Source: Schizosaccharomyces osmophilus (lineage: Eukaryota). From it: DNA of 64,000 nt. Numbering within the stretch: the first letter of the stretch is position 1; every line of letters begins with the position of its first letter. The position numbers and the translations under genes are program-made. Positions 36,427 through 47,746 of the stretch are shown here, piece by piece. A model generated the notes under the pieces. It did no database searches, had not been told where the DNA came from, and saw only the letters and a program-made list of their open reading frames with translations. The stretch covers positions 3,472,001-3,536,000 of the forward strand of contig NC_079238.1 in the NCBI RefSeq assembly GCF_027921745.1, read 5' to 3'.

Positions 36427-37812
36427 ATGCTGAGGCTTTCGAATTTGCCAAAGCTTGCCCCCAAGCTTGCACGTCGGTTTGCAACATCTGCTTTACCAAA
36501 AACCGAAACTACAACCCTGAAAAATGGATTAACCATTGCTACTGAACATCATCCTTATGCTCAAACAGCCACCGTCCTCGTCGGTGTTGATGCTGGATCA
36601 AGAGCAGAGACCGAAAAAAACAACGGAGCTGCTCATTTCCTTGAGCATTTGGCTTTCAAGGGCACCAAAAACCGCTCCCAACGTGCTCTTGAGCTCGAGT
36701 TTGAAAATACCGGTGCTCATTTGAATGCTTACACTTCTCGTGAGCAAACCGTTTACTATGCCCATGCTTTCAAGGAGGCTGTTCCCAAGACCGTCGCTGT
36801 TTTGGCTGACATCTTAACCAACTCTAGCATTTCCTCTGCCGCCGTCGAACGCGAGCGTCAAGTCATTTTACGCGAACAAGAGGAGGTCGACAAAATGGCT
36901 GATGAGGTTGTTTTTGACCATTTGCATGCTACTGCCTACCAAGGTCAAGCTTTGGGTCGTACCATTTTGGGCCCCAAGAGAAACATCGAGTCTTTAACCC
37001 GTGATGACCTTCTTACGTACATCAAGGACAACTACCGTAGCGACCGCATGATTCTTGCTGCCGCTGGCTCTATCTCCCACGAAGAACTCGTCAAGCTTGC
37101 TGAAAAGTACTTTGGCCATTTGGAACCTTCTACCGAACAACTCTCTCTTGGTGCTCCTCGTGGTCCTCAACCCCGCTTTGTCGGTTCTGAGGTCCGTATT
37201 CGTGATGATTACTCTCCCACCGCCAACATTGCTATTGCCGTTGAAGGTATGAGCTGGAAGCATCCCGACTACTTTGTTGGTTTGGTTATGCAAGCTATCA
37301 TCGGTAACTGGGATCGTGCTATGGGTGCTTCTCCCCACATGGCTTCCCGTTTGAGCTCCGTTGTCCAACAAGATCAATTGGCCAACAGCTTTATGAGCTT
37401 CAGCACCAGTTACAGCGACACCGGTTTATGGGGTATTTACTTGGTAACTGAGAATCTTGGACGTATCGACGACTTGGTTCACTTTACCCTCCAAAACTGG
37501 GCTCGTCTTACTGTTGCCACTCGTGCTGAAGTTGAGCGTGCCAAGGCTCAACTTCGCGCTTCTCTTCTCCTTTCTTTGGATTCCACCACCGCTATTGCTG
37601 AAGACATTGGTCGCCAATTGCTCACTACTGGACGTCGTATGAGCCCTCAAGAGGTTGACATGCGTATTGAGCAAATCACTGAGCATGATGTTGCCCGTGT
37701 TGCCAACGAGATGATTTGGGATAAGGATGTTGCCATTTCTGCTGTTGGTGCTATTGAAGGCCTTTTGGATTACAACCGTGTTCGTAGCAGTATCTCTATG
37801 AACCGTTGGTAA
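36427..37812 (+). CDS. qcr1: Mitochondrial processing peptidase beta / complex III core 1
   Basis: Inverted zinc motif HFLEH, LNAYTSRE, YSDTGLWG. Confidence 0.92.
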   Translation: MLRLSNLPKLAPKLARRFATSALPKTETTTLKNGLTIATEHHPYAQTATVLVGVDAGSRAETEKNNGAAHFLEHLAFKGTKNRSQRALELEFENTGAHLNAYTSREQTVYYAHAFKEAVPKTVAVLADILTNSSISSAAVERERQVILREQEEVDKMADEVVFDHLHATAYQGQALGRTILGPKRNIESLTRDDLLTYIKDNYRSDRMILAAAGSISHEELVKLAEKYFGHLEPSTEQLSLGAPRGPQPRFVGSEVRIRDDYSPTANIAIAVEGMSWKHPDYFVGLVMQAIIGNWDRAMGASPHMASRLSSVVQQDQLANSFMSFSTSYSDTGLWGIYLVTENLGRIDDLVHFTLQNWARLTVATRAEVERAKAQLRASLLLSLDSTTAIAEDIGRQLLTTGRRMSPQEVDMRIEQITEHDVARVANEMIWDKDVAISAVGAIEGLLDYNRVRSSISMNRW

Positions 37813-38654
37813 GCGGATCTTCTTGAGCCTTTTACCAAGTTTTCAATTTTGTCTTTCTCCTTGATTCTTTTCGGTAGGTTTTCCTATGCTTCATCGTCCT
37901 TACGATTTGTACGCTCCCTGCTTTCTTTTAAGTTCAAGTCCTCCTTTTTCTTCTTTTTCTTTCGTCATACGATTTTACAACCTGTCTTTTTTTGACGCGG
38001 TGTTTCCATTAGAATCGTCTACGTTTACGAAAACGAAAAGCCTCATCTTGAATGCGAGTTTCTTGACAGGTTTATCTTTTTCATGGTTAGATCATGAGCT
38101 AAGCTGTTGTCATAGTAGACTTTCTTGCTGCAAATTCCTTTGAAGCCCGTCACAATGACAGATTGCTCTCAAGTCTTACAATCAATTCCTTTTTTACTCT
38201 TTTCGAGCTTCCGGCATTCCCTTTCTACATAATCTCCCTTCTCATATAACAGAAAATATCATTATTTCTAAAACAGTCGGTTTGATACACTGAACATGTT
38301 CGCGTAGCAATAGTGTAATAAAAACAAAGTGGCCATGCCGGTATTCCATCACAGGATTGAAAAATCGTCGTATGAATGTTGTATTACAAACCACTTGGTT
38401 ATTTTAGTTGTAAAATTTAGACAATATAATGTAGATTTTATTGAAAGTATAGTATGTATTCGTGAACCTTCACTACATATCAAGCAAGGCAAATTCAAAA
38501 GTCTAGTATATGTGTTCTTTCACACATTACGTATGAAAACCACCAGTAGAGGTGAAATTAAAAATCTGTCGGTGTAAATAGGTTATGGAAATAAAGAAAG
38601 GAATCTATTCAAAAGATTTATAAGTGAATATCTTTACCACAGTCAACCTTGAAC

Positions 38655-39555
38655 ATGCCTTCACGTTTAACTTTCAAAGGGGATAAAAAAGTGTACGTTA
38701 AGCTTTTTATCAAATGGTTTATTTCAAGATTCTAACGATGCATTTCTTACAGTCACAAAAAGGGAAAAAAATCCACAAAGTCTTTACAGTCAGCTGTGGA
38801 GTCTCAAAAGAATGATCCAATATGGATCGATGCTAACACCATGGAGGACCTCCATGGTCCACTGGTGTTATAGTATGTTTCATGAATTTCCGAGAAAACA
38901 ATTTAGCTGACGGTTCTTTAGCCAAAGGCTCGATACCATGGTAATTTCCTTGGGAATAGAAGAGGTACAAGGAAGTTGCGTAGGAATTTTTCTGGATCCT
39001 CTTTCTTTAGAACCTGACAACACAAGACAAGTATTCGTCGCTTCCGATATGAATGGTAACGTTGTCCTGAAAAGCTTCCTTATGAAGTATCTTTCTGCTG
39101 GCAAAGAGGGAGACTTGTTCAGCAGACGAGAAGCCATTGGAGCTGAAGAACAGTGGCAGCTTGAATACTTACATGATGGCTATTGGGCTTGGAAAAGTAT
39201 GTCTAATAACAAATACCTCGAATGCTTGCTAAATGAAAACGACACCTACGTGTTTCGCTGTACGTCTGATACGGTTACTTTCACTTCAAAATGGAGAGTA
39301 CGAGTCCAAACTAGATTCGTCAAACGACCCTCAACTCAGAACATAAAAACATCTACTGTACATTCTCAGCAATTGGAAGCTATGTATGTTTAATGACGTT
39401 TAATTTTCTCAAGTCATTACTAACGATTTTACAGGGCTGGCAGGCCGTTATCTGCAGATGAAAAAAAGGCTCTTAAGCAGGCTAGCAAAGATGGTTCTCT
39501 ACATGAAGCTCTGCTAGACGTTCGAGTCTCAAAAAAAAGCGACAAATATGGGTAG
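38655..39555 (+). CDS. frg1: FRG1-family protein; 4 exons 38655-38692, 38753-38872, 38922-39383, 39435-39555
   Basis: Three introns (GTACGT/GTATGT donors, CTAAC/CTGAC branch, YAG) give an open frame with LTFKGDK N-terminus, REAIGAEEQW and LHEALLD..KSDKY C-terminus. Confidence 0.85.
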
Positions 39556-39998
39556 GCACATCTGTGTAAGGAATCGACCAAAGTGTCGTTAAAAGAAGTA
39601 CTGTAAGTTGAATCAGATGATCTCTTTATAAGTTCTATTAGTCTTAAATATTATGAAAAAGCATGGTGGTGCTACTATGTTAATATAAATTGATTGTTCC
39701 CAGGGTTTAAGGATCTATTGAAAATTGTAGCTTTTTGTTCCTCCTTATTGTTTTCCTATTTATTTCTCAAAATAAAGAGCTTCTCTTGCATTTACAAAGT
39801 ATTGGTCACAAAAACTTCCTGGTAATTATTCTTGGAGTAACATAATGCGTAACGTCTACAAAACTCGAATACCACCTTCAAGATATACATTCAATACACT
39901 GTATAGGATTTTGAAAATAATTCCAAGAAACGTTTGAAATTCTACCTGTACTCTTATAAAAGAACGCTAGCGGGGATGTATTTTCTTTGAAATTTGAC

Positions 39999-42695
39999 AT
40001 GCGTGTATCTCCAGCAGCAGAAAATGTGTTTCACGACACTTCGTCACACTCTACTGTTGACCAAAAACATGATACTTTTAAAAATGGCCTTAATTTAAAT
40101 GAAAATAATGAAAACGACACTGTAGTTGACGACGCAGGATCTGATGAAACAGAATACAATTCAGCTGAAGAATCCCCGTTGGACATTATTGATAATGAAA
40201 ACGAAAAGGATGATTCCATGAACGATAATACGCTTTTTCCGGCAAAAAATAAGGATTCAGAAAGTCTCGACGACAATAGTGAATCGAATGGGACCGAGTC
40301 AAATCGATTGGAGTCAACAGAACCCGACCACAGCGTCAGGGACGAAGTAGAAAGCTCAAAAGAAGAACAAGAAGCAGAACCCGTAAAACGTGGACGTGGA
40401 CGTCCACGAAAATACCCCACTAGTAACCCCAAGGACACTGGTCTCGTCGTCAAAAGAAAAAGAGGCAGGCCACGAAAAGCTCCAGAAGATTCAGCAAATA
40501 ACGAAGCTGCTCATAGAAAACGCGGTCGTGGAAGGCCTCCATTGAAAAAGGCAACCGAGTTGTGGACGACTGTAAATGAAAGAAGTTCAGAAGATAAGTC
40601 AATTCATGATGGCACTCCTGAATTTAATACTGATGGAGGTGGGTCTGACTCAACCGTTGATTTAAACATGTTTTCTCCAGAAAAAAAACAAGACCGTCGT
40701 CCTTTTGACAAACACGAAGAAGATGATTCTTCCTTTTCAGTTACAGGTACAAGAAAAAGTGAAAGAGCATCCAGGAAACGACCACTTGTTGAAATCTTTA
40801 ACCGACCAAAGGATGAGCAGCCCAAGCGTGGCCGTGGCAGGCCACGAAAAGTACAACCCATGGGTCGTGTTTCTGACGATTCTAGTGAAGATGATGATGA
40901 TACCGAGGACGATGAAACTGAAGAAGACCTAACGTTTGGAGAAAATCCCGAGAATTCACCGATAAACATACAAGAATGGTCAACTAAGGGCTCAGTTCAA
41001 CCAAATACCGATGACATTAATATCATTCATTCCGATTTTCCTCACAAGCAGGAGACCTCGCGTGTATCTCCTACGGTATACTTCAACGCTCAAGCCGCTC
41101 AGCCCTCTACACCCTCTTCTCCGTCCTCATCTTCTACTTCTTCTCCTCCTCCTACTCCTTCATTTAAAACACCAAACCCTCCCATGGATATATTACTGCC
41201 TTCGAGGAATCAAATTTCAGTTCCCGAGAGCCCATTGATGTATAGCTTACCTAAAAAGGCAAGCTTTCAACTAACCGTAGTTTCTCCAAGAAAACCGAAA
41301 CCCGTTTCAACTCACAAAGAAACTACCAATAGTCTCATATCTGAGTTAGGACTTGATAAAGTAAATACTGAGTTACGAACAATAAAGACAGCTGTTACTA
41401 GACGATTTACAGGGAAAGCAAGCATTCCGCTTATAGGACATGAAGAAGAAAAATCTAAACTTTATCGGTGGATGCAACAAACTGTTGTACTAGGTGAAGG
41501 AAACTCTGTAATTGTTGTCGGTCCAAGAAGTTCTGGAAAGTTATTGTTGGTTGAAAGCGTCCTTCAAAAAGCTAAAGCTGAAATACCCGAATCTTTTTAC
41601 ACAGTGCGACTTAACGGAACTTATTTGCATGATGACAAAGTAGCTCTTAGAGAAATTTCACGCCAATTATCGGTTGAATTAGAATCTTTGGATTCTGAAG
41701 ATGCCATTCGCTCTGAAACTAGTTTCGCAGATACTCTGACGAGACTCTTGGCCACTCTTTCACACCCTGCAGATTTGGGAATTACGAAGGATGGGTTTAC
41801 GACTTCTGCATCTGTTGTATTTATTTTAGAAGAGTTCGATCTATTTGTGCAGCATCCACGGCAAATGTTATTATACAATCTGTTTGATATTGCCCAGTCA
41901 AGGAAGGCACCGATCTTAGTGGTAGGTTTGACTACTCGGTATGATTGTTTCGAGTCACTCGAGAAGCGAGTAAAAAGTCGATTTAGTCACATGGTTATTC
42001 ATACACCTCCCCCTTCCTCCTTACGGGAATTTTTGAGCATATATCGAAGCGTTCTTACTATTACGGATAAAGAGTCTGTTTCGAAAGTAAAACATGAATG
42101 GAACAACAGGGTGAACAACTTATTAGCTGATTCTTCGAGTAATATGCACAAATTAGTACTATATCATTATTATTCAAGCAGAAATTTGCGAATGCTGTAC
42201 GTCGATTCCTTAATTCCTGTTACGTCTAGATCCCCATCTCAGCCACTTCTGGATGATGGTGATTTCCAGAGGTTCAACTTGAGAGTATCTGACCATAAAG
42301 TTGAGCTTGTTAAAAACTTGAGTCTGCTAGAACTGGCACTCTTGATATGTACCATCAGGTTTGAAAACAGAGATATTCCAGCCTGCAATTTTAATAGTGT
42401 TTACCAGGAATATCGCCATCTCCATCAACGTACGGTATTAGACGCAGTGGCTTCAGGTGCGCTTGCACATAGCTTTCGCCTTTGGGGAAAGGACGTTGCT
42501 TTAGAAGCATGGGAAAAACTGGCTTCGGTGGGATTAATAGTTCCTTTGCAGCCAAATTTCGAAATTAGCGGTGCATTATCAAGGGAATGTCAACTGTGGC
42601 AGCCAGAGGTTGATCTTTCTGTCATCACTGCTGCGTTACGCGAACATAAAAGGTTACCTTCTCATTATTACCGTTGGCTAAAGGATATAGCCTAA
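39999..42695 (+). CDS. orc4: Origin recognition complex subunit 4 with N-terminal AT-hooks
   Basis: AT-hooks (RGRP) in N-terminal half; AAA+ GPRSSGK, EEFDLF, LEKRVKSRFSH. Confidence 0.94.
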   Translation: MRVSPAAENVFHDTSSHSTVDQKHDTFKNGLNLNENNENDTVVDDAGSDETEYNSAEESPLDIIDNENEKDDSMNDNTLFPAKNKDSESLDDNSESNGTESNRLESTEPDHSVRDEVESSKEEQEAEPVKRGRGRPRKYPTSNPKDTGLVVKRKRGRPRKAPEDSANNEAAHRKRGRGRPPLKKATELWTTVNERSSEDKSIHDGTPEFNTDGGGSDSTVDLNMFSPEKKQDRRPFDKHEEDDSSFSVTGTRKSERASRKRPLVEIFNRPKDEQPKRGRGRPRKVQPMGRVSDDSSEDDDDTEDDETEEDLTFGENPENSPINIQEWSTKGSVQPNTDDINIIHSDFPHKQETSRVSPTVYFNAQAAQPSTPSSPSSSSTSSPPPTPSFKTPNPPMDILLPSRNQISVPESPLMYSLPKKASFQLTVVSPRKPKPVSTHKETTNSLISELGLDKVNTELRTIKTAVTRRFTGKASIPLIGHEEEKSKLYRWMQQTVVLGEGNSVIVVGPRSSGKLLLVESVLQKAKAEIPESFYTVRLNGTYLHDDKVALREISRQLSVELESLDSEDAIRSETSFADTLTRLLATLSHPADLGITKDGFTTSASVVFILEEFDLFVQHPRQMLLYNLFDIAQSRKAPILVVGLTTRYDCFESLEKRVKSRFSHMVIHTPPPSSLREFLSIYRSVLTITDKESVSKVKHEWNNRVNNLLADSSSNMHKLVLYHYYSSRNLRMLYVDSLIPVTSRSPSQPLLDDGDFQRFNLRVSDHKVELVKNLSLLELALLICTIRFENRDIPACNFNSVYQEYRHLHQRTVLDAVASGALAHSFRLWGKDVALEAWEKLASVGLIVPLQPNFEISGALSRECQLWQPEVDLSVITAALREHKRLPSHYYRWLKDIA

Positions 42696-43235
42696 AAAGT
42701 ATTGCTTAGGAGTACTTGCAGTTTTACCTGAGAGTGCTATCTTAAAATTAATGTTTAAAACTCGTGCGTACGATTGTGAGGTTATAAAAGGATTTATTTA
42801 AATTAAGTTATATTAGGTTCTCTTTCTTCTTAAAGGGTTATTTATCAGTTAGTGTATAATTATTTTTGTATATAAGTATCAAGAATAAATAAATTCATTC
42901 CATGAATAATCGTTTTTTCTGTAAAAGCCGTCAGTAATTTGACAAAATAGATAAGTCTATATTCTTAATACATATTCAATGAATGACTAAAGGAAAGTTA
43001 GGATATAATGTCGGTTCGTAATCCAAATTTCATAAAAATCAGTAAATACAAGTAAAAAAGGCCCAAGAGGGTTCATATTCTAAACCAAACAATGACTCAA
43101 GGAAAGTTAGAAACATAAATAAAAAAATAGGACTTTTGATTGACATATGATGAGATAGTAATAATTGTAATATAATGTTCACTTCAAGTTTGGAAAGGTC
43201 ATGTTCATCATTATTCATATGCGCACGAAAGAGCA

Positions 43236-44965
43236 CTATATTGGCAGATCATCGGACGCAGCGTATAGAGTATTTTTCCAGCTTTTAAGCTGAGAATGCA
43301 GTGAAATCAGTTCATCTTGCAACGATGAAAAATTAGGATTTTCCGTTTCGTTATTATTGTAAAAGGATGCAACTTTTTGGTATAATTTTTTATACTGAGG
43401 ATACGTTTCCCGAAAACGCAATGCTAATGCCTTTATTTCCTCCGTAGTGTATCGTTGCTGTCTTCGTTTTTTTGGCTTTGATATATTTTGTTCTTGTTTT
43501 TGGTGCTGGTTAAAGGTGTCTGACACATCACCGGACGAATGAATGCCCGTGCGAGCACTGGCTTGACTATAAGACGGAGAATATGTTTTTCGCTTACCTT
43601 GAGGAGACGACAAATTTGAATAATTAGCGGAAGAAGTAGGTGAAGGTATATCAGAGACAGGAGTGCTCATGTTCCCTGGATCACTTAAAGAGACAGCTGA
43701 GCTTTCTGAACCAGTGCGAGACAAATTGGTTGAAACTTTATGTTGGAGAGAAGACGGAGGTGAATCAGTCGACGAGGAAGATTTTGGAAATTTTTGGTGA
43801 TGAGAATGTGAGTTGTTGCTTAACAATGGGTGTGAAGAGGTAGAAGAAGGTAAATTAGTGTCCACAAAGGAGGGAGCCAAGACCGATGAAGTAGGAGCAT
43901 GATTAGATAGCATTCTTTTATCGACATTGTGTTTTGACAGCGGATTTGCTGACTTTTTACCTGAACCTAGGGATAGACGCTCTGGCGCATCCTGTGGTAG
44001 ACCTAATTCATTAAAGGCAGAAGTAGCCCGCTGGATTACAGTGCGCCGATCAGCAACACTGTAAGGCCGCCAGTCGTACACTCTGATGTCTTTATAAACC
44101 TTTGGAAACAACTCCCACTTTCCTAGTTGGTTTTTCCGAGCAATATCTGGCAGTAAAGAACGTAACTCAGCAGGTAGAGCTTTCGTGCGTTGCAAAAGGA
44201 CATCCTCCTCTTCTGCGGCGACAGCTAACAATTGAACAACCCTGGAACGAAGATCCAAACGACTTTTCAAAGATGAAGAAGAGGAGGATGCTGGGTAATC
44301 AGAGGACGATCCAACGTGTGCAGGTGGAGATGATGAGCGAGTTGTGACTGATGAAGACAAACTATTGTGAGCGGATGGTTTTGAAAAAGGAGATGAATTT
44401 AGGGGACGGTGGGGCTGCTTTTGAATTAATCGATGCGTTTTTGGTTTTTGAGAGTTTTGGGTAGACTTTGCAGCCGTATCATGAAGGGTAACAATTCTAT
44501 AGATGGTCAGTTCAGAGCTCAATAATATATTTACACATACCTTTTTTCTTCTTTTTCTTTTTGCGCTTCTTTTGTTCTACTCTTCACTCGTTCTGCCATA
44601 CGGCTATCAAATTCTCGACGCAATTGGAGACGTTGATATACTCGGCCCACAAGATGGAGAGATCGAGATTCATTCAATCTATACACTTCATGAGGTGCCG
44701 TTTCTGGAATCGAATTACAGGTGTAAGACCTTCCTCCGGTTATGACGGACTGTAAAAAAAAAGTTAGTTATGCAGTCAAGAACGCACGAGTTACACTTAC
44801 TACGCCGGAATCAGTGCAGTTTAGATGAATATTTTCCAAGGTTCCTGCAAGATAATTTTCAAGAAACTCCTTTGGCAACTGCACTGACATTAGCAGGGGG
44901 GATTCCTCCTCTGTTCCATCCACTGTTACAGGAAGAGCATCACGGATGCTTTTTTGTCTAATCAT
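43236..44965 (-). CDS. ell1: RNA polymerase II elongation factor ELL; 3 exons 44965-44801, 44749-44541, 44496-43236
   Basis: Introns GTAAGT..CTAAC..CAG and GTATGT..CTGAC..TAG give an open frame; [16 protein letters not shown] core and C-terminal occludin/ELL domain ([11 protein letters not shown]). Confidence 0.82.
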
Positions 44966-45480
44966 TCGAAAACGACGGAATTCGAAATATTGATATTTCT
45001 TTTCTTCCTACAAGCCAAGCGGTTTTCTGGTGGAAGGCCGGTATCCTCAGTATAAATGATCAAGGTAAAGACAGAGTCTAATTTTTCTAACCCTCTTGTG
45101 CTCTTGCTAAAGGCAGACCCAATGTAAGTGAAAAGTAACATAGGTAGCACATGTTAACTAAGGTCCATGCAAGAGTTGGAAATTTTTGTTGATTTTTCTT
45201 TTTTTCTATTTGTTTGCTGAATATAAGAAAGGATGTTCGTTGAGTAATAGGAATGATTCTTGTATGGGTGAAAGTTTCCTTCGATTTTGATTCAACAATA
45301 CGTGTTTGTTTACTTCTTGTGTTGTGTAAACAAGCAGGAAAAGACATAAGAAAAACTGCTGTCTGAAATATGTTCTTTTATCTTTTATGTAGGGGATCAA
45401 ACAAAGCCAAAAAATAAGTTGAAATATATTTACACAAGCAACAGATGTCCATTCGCATTCCACTACTTCATAAATAAAAA

Positions 45481-45553
45481 CGGTCAGAGTGGGGCTCGAA
45501 CCCACGACCTCATGATTAACAGTCATGCGCACTACCAACTGTGCTATCCGACC
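45481..45553 (-). tRNA. tRNA-Asn (GTT)
   Basis: Reverse complement GGTCGGA..GCATGACT-GTT-AATCATG..GGTTCGAGCCCC..TCTGACCG folds as a cloverleaf; T-run terminator follows. Confidence 0.95.
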
Positions 45554-45704
45554 TTTTACACCCATTGTCTTCAGGAAAGCATAACTATACAGAATGTTGG
45601 AAAGGACAACCCAGAAGCTTGCCGGCGTTGCCAAACAGTATAAAATAGACAGCTTCAAAGGACACATACTTGGGTGTATGTGAAGGTAAAAAAAATAAAA
45701 GAAT

Positions 45705-45775
45705 TGCTTCGGCCGGGAATCGAACCCGGGTCGCTTCGATGGCAACGAAGCATTATACCACTAAACCACCAAAGC
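45705..45775 (-). tRNA. tRNA-Gly (GCC)
   Basis: Reverse complement GCTTTGG..CTTCGTT-GCC-ATCGAAG..GGTTCGATTCC..CCGAAGCA cloverleaf. Confidence 0.95.
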
Positions 45776-46100
45776 AGTAGTTAATTACTTTACAGGGCTA
45801 TACATATAGATATATATTCATGAAAGGGTATCCCAAGTGCTATATGGATGAAAGCTGAAGTAAAAAGTTCACATAAAAAAAAACCGTTGTGAAACTCGTT
45901 TTTCATACTTAAAGAGTCCCAAGAATTTCAGGAATTTTTGCAATTTATCATATATCTCAACTCAAAAAATGCTTACTTGTGTATTGTTTGACGGGGCATC
46001 CATATCAATTATTGTAATAAATTGAAGTAGCAAGTTAGCAAGGACAAAGCTATGTGTGCTATGTGATTTTGACAGAGAAAGCATCGTAAATTATGTATTG

Positions 46101-46127
46101 TTCTTTGTTTTTTCAAGTGTAAACAAA
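46101..46127 (+). promoter_or_regulatory. TR-box-like (TTCTTTGTTT, Ste11) and FLEX-like (GTAAACAAA, Mei4/forkhead) motifs upstream of island gene A
   Basis: TTCTTTGTTT at 46101-46110 and GTAAACAAA at 46119-46127, about 290 bp before ATG 46408; short motifs in AT-rich DNA. Confidence 0.4.
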
Positions 46128-46407
46128 AGACTTGTGTTACTTGGCTATTTGTGACTTGACTATGAACAAAGAGCTGCGTAAGGAAAGAGAAAGAATTGTG
46201 TTTGAGGCAGTTTATCTCTTTTAGTATCATCCAAATTGATCTTTTTTTATTGTATCTTTAGTGTTTTAAATTGAAAAAGTAGTATCGATTTTATACCTGC
46301 TATTACTCCCCAATTAGCATCTCGTCACAGTTTACAAGTTTCTCGTCCAGGAAGAAACTTTACTAATTTGGCACCGTACCTTGATCATCTTAATACTATT
46401 TTTAATA

Positions 46408-47122
46408 ATGTCAGATAATTCAAGCACAACTACTTCAAACCATCTCGCTAATGCATTCAATGTGGATTTAGAAAAGGGAATTCCAATGGACAAAGTAAGA
46501 GATACAGAAAGTCCGGCAGATAAAGGCTCTTTTATAGTCAATGAGGACAGCTTTGAGAAACCTTTTAAATTCAGTGGTTGGAACAGCTTTCAAATCTCCT
46601 TGAGGGAGTACGCTACTAACGCTTCCAAGCTAATAAGCTATTACTTCCCAGTAAATTTTAGTGTAAAAAAACAGAAAGTGGTTAAATTTAATTCTGGAAT
46701 CTTGTCGATTTTTTGCGTATTCGCAGCATCGAGCTATTTCCAAGTTCCTACCTACATGTTCAAAAACTATTTTCAAAATAACCTTTATTGGAAATTCACG
46801 GGAGCTTTATTCTCACATTTTTTGTTATATACATGGTTATATGAATCTCTTGTTTGTTCGTGTTTTTATAGTCGCTTATTTTTATTTGTTTACGAATTGC
46901 TAACGACATACAGCATCTTTTCTAGTTGTTCTCTACGCGGCAAGGGGCATCATGGTTGGTTTATCAATTTTTATGATAACAATTGGATTACTTTCAGCTT
47001 CTCTTCTGTGTTGGACATATAACAATGTAATTATTTACTGTTTTGGATTACAAGTTGAACAAGCTACGAATCGGCGAGATATGGATTCAAAAAGAATGCA
47101 AACAGACGATAATCATAAGTGA
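46408..47122 (+). CDS. Island gene A: DUF999/mug2-like multi-pass membrane protein, 218 aa; exons 46408-46855, 46914-47122
   Basis: NVDLEKG motif; GTTCGT..CTAAC..CAG intron gives a hydrophobic exon 2 (SFLVVLYAARGIMVGLSIFMITIGLL..); resembles recalled S. pombe DUF999 proteins (NVDLEQG, SKFHNSYYP). Confidence 0.6.
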
Positions 47123-47418
47123 TACAAGGCTTTCGGAAAGTCTAAACCATTCTCAGATTTTTGCTTTATACTAGCAAAGAGTGCAATTTGTTTACTATTT
47201 ATTTAGCCTTGTATTTTCTACTTGTCTATATAGTAATATGTTTCAACAGTCATTGAGTCAATAAACTGTTGATTTTAGCTAATGCTCTTTATCTGCCTAA
47301 GCGCTTTTGTGATAACGTAATTTCAGTAGTTGAAAAATGTAAAATGATTTACAATTAAGAATTATCCAAAGACTTTCATCCATTTTGGAATTCAATGAAT
47401 GGTATAATTGCTGAAAAC

Positions 47419-47450
47419 CTGGTTTGTTTACAAAAATGTAAACAAACCAG
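47419..47450. promoter_or_regulatory. Perfect 14-bp inverted repeat made of two FLEX-like sites
   Basis: CTGGTTTGTTTACA-AAAA-TGTAAACAAACCAG; each arm contains GTAAACAAAC. Confidence 0.65.
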
Positions 47451-47746
47451 AAATCGCAAGTGTCACTTGTCATTGTAACCCAACACCGTAAGCGATGCGA
47501 AATTTCTTGACAGGAGCAAACTTCCTCTTTCTTCATTTCTTTGCCAATTCGATTAATTTTGCGTTTCTTTTAACTTGCTGGAATGATATAATAGAATTGA
47601 ATTCTATTTGGGTGTGTTTTCATTCGATATTTGGTTTTATCGTGATTTGGGAAGCTTGCGAGCAGGAGAAATTCACAGTTGCTCTAGTCTATTGCACTTG
47701 TAGTACTGAAGAACCATTCAAGTTTACAATAATTTCAAAGATTTAT

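Noticed and set aside
45206..45745. 179-aa minus-strand ORF
   Set aside because: Runs through two tRNA genes, has no recognisable protein features; spurious
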